Assembly: GCA_016839265.1 (NCBI GenBank)
Contig: JAEOUO010000002.1
Span: forward strand, 30,001-62,000
Direction: 5' to 3'
Length of the DNA: 32,000 nt
Source of the DNA: Candidatus Odinarchaeota archaeon
GTDB taxonomy: Archaea > Asgardarchaeota > Odinarchaeia > Odinarchaeales > Odinarchaeaceae
The translations under genes were made by a program, and so were the position numbers. Of this stretch, positions 27,675 through 32,000 are shown piece by piece (position 1 is the first letter of the stretch; each line of letters opens with the position of its first letter). Under the pieces are notes generated by a model. It saw nothing but the letters and a program-made list of their open reading frames with translations, searched no databases and was not told the origin of the DNA.

Positions 27675-28661
27675 GTGAAAGTGACTGAACCTTTAATACA
27701 GGTAAAAAACCTGGTTAAATATTTCCCGATATACGGGGGTATTCTTCTCAAGGAGATTGGTAGAGTCCATGCTGTTGACGGTGTTTCCTTTGAGATTAAT
27801 AAACAAACTACACTCGGTTTAGTGGGTGAAAGCGGATGCGGTAAGACTACTGTGGGAAGATGTACTATTAGGCTAATCGACCCTACATCCGGTGAAGTCT
27901 ACTATAACGGTGAGAATGTTCTGAAATTTAGAGGGAAACAACTTAATCAATTCCGTTGTAATGCTCAAATAGTTTTCCAGAACCCTCATGCGTCGCTTAA
28001 CCCGCGGATGAAAATTAAGGATATTCTTTCAGAGCCTATTAGAATTCATAAACTTCTTCCTAAAAACGAGATTGAAAAACGTGTACTCCAGTTAATTAAC
28101 GAGGTTGCATTAGAGCCTAGTCACCTCCTCCGTTACCCTCATGAATTCAGTGGCGGTCAAAAACAGCGTATCGTCATCGCTAGAGCTCTTGCGTTAAACC
28201 CTGAATTCATAGTCTTAGATGAACCTACATCCGCGTTAGATGTTTCCGTTCAAGCGCAGATATTAAATTTACTGATGGATTTGCAGAGAAAATTTAAGTT
28301 AACTTATCTTTTTATAACGCATAATCTTAATATATGCAGGCATATAAGTGATGAAATCGCTGTCATGTATGTTGGTAAAATGGTTGAACGCGCTAGCGCT
28401 GATGAGCTTTTCGATGAACCGCTTCACCCTTATACTCAAGCGCTTTTATCAGCTAATCCTGTTCCTGATCCTGAAGCTAAGAGAAGTAAAATAATTTTAA
28501 AAGGAGAGGTTCCCAGTCCTATTAATCCGCCTAGTGGATGTAGATTTCATCCGCGTTGTCCTAAAAGAATGGATATATGTGATAAATCAGAGCCGCCTTA
28601 TATTCAAATTAAACCAGGTCATCATGTAGCGTGCTATCTTTATTCAAAAAATGAGAGTTGA
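27675..28661 (+). CDS. dppF: Peptide ABC transporter ATP-binding protein (DppF/OppF type)
   Basis: GESGCGKT, YPHEFSGGQKQR, LDEPTSALDVSVQAQILNLL and PSGCRFHPRC. Confidence 0.95.
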   Translation: MKVTEPLIQVKNLVKYFPIYGGILLKEIGRVHAVDGVSFEINKQTTLGLVGESGCGKTTVGRCTIRLIDPTSGEVYYNGENVLKFRGKQLNQFRCNAQIVFQNPHASLNPRMKIKDILSEPIRIHKLLPKNEIEKRVLQLINEVALEPSHLLRYPHEFSGGQKQRIVIARALALNPEFIVLDEPTSALDVSVQAQILNLLMDLQRKFKLTYLFITHNLNICRHISDEIAVMYVGKMVERASADELFDEPLHPYTQALLSANPVPDPEAKRSKIILKGEVPSPINPPSGCRFHPRCPKRMDICDKSEPPYIQIKPGHHVACYLYSKNES

Positions 28662-29272
28662 TAAGAATGGAGCGTCTTTCAAAAAGTGAGCTTTACAGAA
28701 AGAAAAAACTGTCAGGGCTTCTAGGATTTATATTTATAATGTTATCTATTTTATCCGCTTTCATGCTAGGATACCCTTACAGTGCTTTCCTAATTGAAGT
28801 GGGTGGCAGTTTTCTCATATCAGAGTATAATATGCTGTTCATCCTCTGCGGATTAGCGCTTTATTTCACAGGTTTAGTATTCGCTTTTCTAGCTTTTTAT
28901 GTGGATAGGAAACCGTTTAATATGGAACATCCTGTTCGGCGGAGACATAGATCTTTACCGATATTCTTTACATGGCTTTTAGTATGGAATTTTATTGATA
29001 TATTCATAGTAGGCAGCTTCGCTAGAACAGCTATCGAGTTTGTTTCTTTCTGGGTGAATTCTATAAACGATTTTGTAGTTAGATATGTTCTAGTTTTAGG
29101 CTCAATCATTTTATTCATGCTCATACTTATGACATTCACATACAATAAGATTATACCTGATAGAAGTAGCTTAGACTCAAATATGTTTAAGAGGAAGCTG
29201 GTATATGTTGGAATTATATGGGTGTTGATTATAATAGCTTTCAGCTTAGGTGTTTTTATAAATATTCCATGA
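28658..29272 (+). CDS. Hypothetical membrane protein (about 5 TM)
   Basis: Hydrophobic segments separated by basic loops; overlaps the dppF stop by 4 nt (translational coupling). Confidence 0.75.
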   Translation: MIRMERLSKSELYRKKKLSGLLGFIFIMLSILSAFMLGYPYSAFLIEVGGSFLISEYNMLFILCGLALYFTGLVFAFLAFYVDRKPFNMEHPVRRRHRSLPIFFTWLLVWNFIDIFIVGSFARTAIEFVSFWVNSINDFVVRYVLVLGSIILFMLILMTFTYNKIIPDRSSLDSNMFKRKLVYVGIIWVLIIIAFSLGVFINIP

Positions 29273-29284
29273 ATTGTGGTTTAA

Positions 29285-30124
29285 ATGAGTTTTTTTAAAA
29301 AATACGTTTACACTCTTCACAGCAATGATGCGGCTCCAATGCTTCCTTTAATAGATGTCACTAAAACCTACGGTTTTAATTTCGCGTGTATTCCTGTTCC
29401 TTTAAGAGTTGACAAGATTATTAACGGGGATTTAACAACGTTTATTACACCTGATAAAAATATAAGTATAAATGTATCCGGTAAATTCTACACGCTTAAT
29501 ATTCTGAAACTAGTGGAAGAGGTGGCTTCTCTTTTAATTCAGTGGAGTAAAAATATTGTTAAATCTAGGTTTAACAGAGATTTGCCACGTGAACGTTTAA
29601 CCTTATGGTTAACTAAATCTTTAAACGCGAAAATATTGGTGCCGACATTATCTGAGGATGCTGGTGATTTTATAAAAAATTATTTTGAAACAGTTCTATT
29701 ATCTTATTTTAAAAAAACTGATTTAATTGAAGCTTTAAAATCTTATTTACATTATATAATTGATAAAACTAAAAAGCGTATTTCTAGTAATAAGTTAAAG
29801 GTTTCAATTGAACAAGTTTATGTGAATTACCCTATTTTAGATGAAGATATAACTGAAGAGGATTATCTTAATCCTGATGTGAAAGGAGTTACTATACCTG
29901 TAGATGTTTATTTAAATAATAAATTGAAGCAGATGAATTTCCGACCATTTCTAATATATCAGGATTTGCTGGAGACTGCTACGTATACATTAAAGAGAAT
30001 AGAGGGATCAGAGTTAGTTACTCCAATGGATTTAATAGAGAAGCGAATAATAAATATTTTTGATGATGATAAATCTCAGGGAGAAGCTGATTTATCCACT
30101 CTTATAAATCATTTCACATTATAG
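29285..30124 (+). CDS. Hypothetical soluble protein (279 aa)
   Basis: Long ORF with a GTGG RBS, tightly packed in the operon; no family recognised. Confidence 0.75.
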   Translation: MSFFKKYVYTLHSNDAAPMLPLIDVTKTYGFNFACIPVPLRVDKIINGDLTTFITPDKNISINVSGKFYTLNILKLVEEVASLLIQWSKNIVKSRFNRDLPRERLTLWLTKSLNAKILVPTLSEDAGDFIKNYFETVLLSYFKKTDLIEALKSYLHYIIDKTKKRISSNKLKVSIEQVYVNYPILDEDITEEDYLNPDVKGVTIPVDVYLNNKLKQMNFRPFLIYQDLLETATYTLKRIEGSELVTPMDLIEKRIINIFDDDKSQGEADLSTLINHFTL

Positions 30125-30133
30125 GTGTTAAAA

Positions 30134-30958
30134 ATGATTCAAGTCGCTTTCCAAGGTGAGAAAGGCGCCTATAGTGAAGAAGCTGCTTTACAGTATTTCG
30201 GTGAAAATATTGCATTTAAACCATGTTACAGCTTTCAGGAAGTTTTTGAATATGTTACTGATAGGAAGGTTGAATACGGGATTGTACCAGTGGAGAACTC
30301 TTACACTGGAAGTATCGTAGACACCTTTGATCTTTTATTAAATTATAATGTGAATATAGTCGGTGAGAAGATTCTGCGAATAAAACATAATCTGATAGCA
30401 AATAAAGGAGTCTCATTACCAGATATAAGTGAAGTCTATGCGCATCCTCAAGCTATAGCTCAATGTGATGTTTTTCTTAAAAAAATAGGTAAAAAGATTA
30501 CCCCATTCTACGATACAGCTGGCAGTGTTAAATATATCAAAGAGAAAAAATTAAGAAACGCCGCTGCTATAGCTAGCCGTTACGCTGCTGAAATATATGA
30601 TATGAATATTCTAGCTGAATCTATTGAAAGTTTCTCTAGTAATTACACTCGATTCTATATTATTTCTCTTAAAGAATCTGTTAAAGGCTTGAAAAATAAG
30701 ACTACAATTGTTTTCTCAATTAAAAATATTCCAGGTTCTCTTTATAATTGTTTAAAACCGTTAGCTGAAGCTGGTTTAAACTTAAGTAAAATAGAGTCAA
30801 GACCTGATAGAAAGAAACCGTGGGAGTACATTTTCTACCTTGACTTTGAAGGTGTTAAAGACGATCCGATTGTAAAACAAGCTTTAATAAAGCTTGAAGC
30901 TGAAACTTCATTTCTAAAGATTCTAGGTTCATACCCTGCTGATACTTTAATAATATAG
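30134..30958 (+). CDS. pheA: Prephenate dehydratase with ACT domain
   Basis: VAFQGEKGAYSEEAA, GIVPVENS..G, VYAHPQAIAQC, NYTRF and ACT motifs PGSLY / NLSKIESRP. RBS AGGTG favours ATG 30134. Confidence 0.96.
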   Translation: MIQVAFQGEKGAYSEEAALQYFGENIAFKPCYSFQEVFEYVTDRKVEYGIVPVENSYTGSIVDTFDLLLNYNVNIVGEKILRIKHNLIANKGVSLPDISEVYAHPQAIAQCDVFLKKIGKKITPFYDTAGSVKYIKEKKLRNAAAIASRYAAEIYDMNILAESIESFSSNYTRFYIISLKESVKGLKNKTTIVFSIKNIPGSLYNCLKPLAEAGLNLSKIESRPDRKKPWEYIFYLDFEGVKDDPIVKQALIKLEAETSFLKILGSYPADTLII

Positions 30959-30962
30959 TGAA

Positions 30963-31811
30963 TTGTATATGTATCCTATTAAATGCTTAATCACGGGTGG
31001 TACAAGTGGATTAGGGAAGGCTACAGCGCTTAGTTTAGCTAAACTACCGTCTTCACATATTATAATTTTAGGTCGTGATAAAAACCGTTGCGAAGCATCA
31101 GTATCGGATATAATTCACGCTACCGGTAATAATTTAGTGGAATACAGATTAGCAGATTTATCTTCTCAAGATAGTATTAGAAGGTTTGTTTTAAAATTTA
31201 AAGAAGATGGAGCATTTATTAATTTACTTATAAATAACGCAGGTGTCATGTGTCAAAAAAGAATTTTAACAGCAGATGGATATGAGATGACGTTCGCTGT
31301 TAATTATCTAGCTCCTTTTCTTTTAACAAATCTTTTAATAGATTCATTAAAAATAAATACACCCGCCCGTATAATAAACGTGGCCTCCGATTTTCACAGT
31401 CAAGAAATAGACTTTGATAATCTTAACGGTGAAAAGAATTTCTCCCCTTTCAACGCTTACAAACTCTCTAAACTTGCGTTAATCATCTTTACATTTCAAC
31501 TTTCTAAAAAACTGTTAAACTCAAATATTACAGTTAACTGTTTTCACCCTGGTTTTCTTAAAACAAATATCAGTCGAGGCTTAGCAGGTCTGTATAAAAT
31601 CGGATTTAAAGCCGCCTCTTTTATATTCGGTAAACCAGCTGAAAAAGCTGCATCTGATTTAACATATTTAGCGGTCTCCCCTGATTTAAATAACGTGACC
31701 GGTAAATATTTTAAAGGCCGTGTTGAATCTAAACCCGCTGCAATCGCATATAATAATCAAATAAGTGAAAAACTATGGGATTTAAGTTTAAAGCTTACAG
31801 GTTTATCTTAA
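30963..31811 (+). CDS. Short-chain dehydrogenase/reductase (retinol dehydrogenase-like classical SDR)
   Basis: LITGGTSGLG, LINNAG, FAVNYLAPFLLT, RIINVAS, YKLSK and HPG. Confidence 0.93.
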   Translation: MYMYPIKCLITGGTSGLGKATALSLAKLPSSHIIILGRDKNRCEASVSDIIHATGNNLVEYRLADLSSQDSIRRFVLKFKEDGAFINLLINNAGVMCQKRILTADGYEMTFAVNYLAPFLLTNLLIDSLKINTPARIINVASDFHSQEIDFDNLNGEKNFSPFNAYKLSKLALIIFTFQLSKKLLNSNITVNCFHPGFLKTNISRGLAGLYKIGFKAASFIFGKPAEKAASDLTYLAVSPDLNNVTGKYFKGRVESKPAAIAYNNQISEKLWDLSLKLTGLS

Positions 31812-31875
31812 CGTTTAATTAGTAAACTTAATATAACTCTCTTTCTCAAAAATCATAGTTTGCAGGTTGATATAT

Positions 31876-32000
31876 ATGGATTTTAATCGATTCTATATTA
31901 ATAAAATTATAAATAAGATAATAGATGATGATGTTCATAGACATCTTGTAAAATATAGTAGAGGAGAATTTCCTGGTCCGGACTTATTTATAAAAATTAA
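31876..32000 (+). CDS. Hypothetical protein, N-terminal fragment (runs off the window)
   Basis: RBS-like CAGGTTGA before ATG 31876; open frame MDFNRFYINKIINKIIDDDVHRHLVKYSRGEFPGPDLFIKI to the window end. Confidence 0.6.
   Translation, partial: MDFNRFYINKIINKIIDDDVHRHLVKYSRGEFPGPDLFIKI

Noticed and set aside
12618-29145. Remaining short ORFs inside larger genes (12618, 12846, 13771, 15157, 18682, 19550, 21471, 22148, 23876, 25985, 28897)
   Set aside because: All are nested in strongly supported CDSs and have no independent coding signal.
1-32000. CRISPR arrays, tRNA/rRNA genes, transposases, integrases, defence systems
   Set aside because: No regularly spaced repeats, cloverleaf or GC-rich structural RNA segments, or recombinase/nuclease motifs were seen by eye.

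Overview
AT-rich archaeal chromosomal window: GGTG/GAGG-type RBSs, many TTG/GTG starts, and genes for TBP, thermosome and Rpo6. It is probably from a thermophilic Asgard archaeon (Odinarchaeia-like); this is inferred from gene content, chiefly an ARPC4-like domain. About 33 coding regions and one multiply disrupted corA pseudogene; no rRNA, tRNA, CRISPR or mobile element was seen. Housekeeping content: LeuA/CimA-family synthase, TBP, thermosome, Rpo6, core MetE, 6-phospho-3-hexuloisomerase, a Dpp/Opp ABC operon, prephenate dehydratase and an SDR. Highlights: (1) a 377-aa protein (16948-18081, minus) whose central part aligns by eye with eukaryotic Arp2/3 subunit ARPC4, flanked by a V4R-like Cys-containing domain and a C-terminal CxxC...HxxH module; (2) a divergent pelF/pelG pair, with an extra SHOCT-like insert in PelG and no pelA/D/E in the window, followed by two orphan genes including a long coiled coil with a winged helix; (3) a Grs/Gms-like B12-binding radical SAM gene with an adjacent flavodoxin; (4) an HhH-L35Ae fusion; (5) a 46-nt near-perfect hairpin in a probable 5' UTR. 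All homology calls come from motif recognition and hand comparison with remembered sequences; no searches were run.
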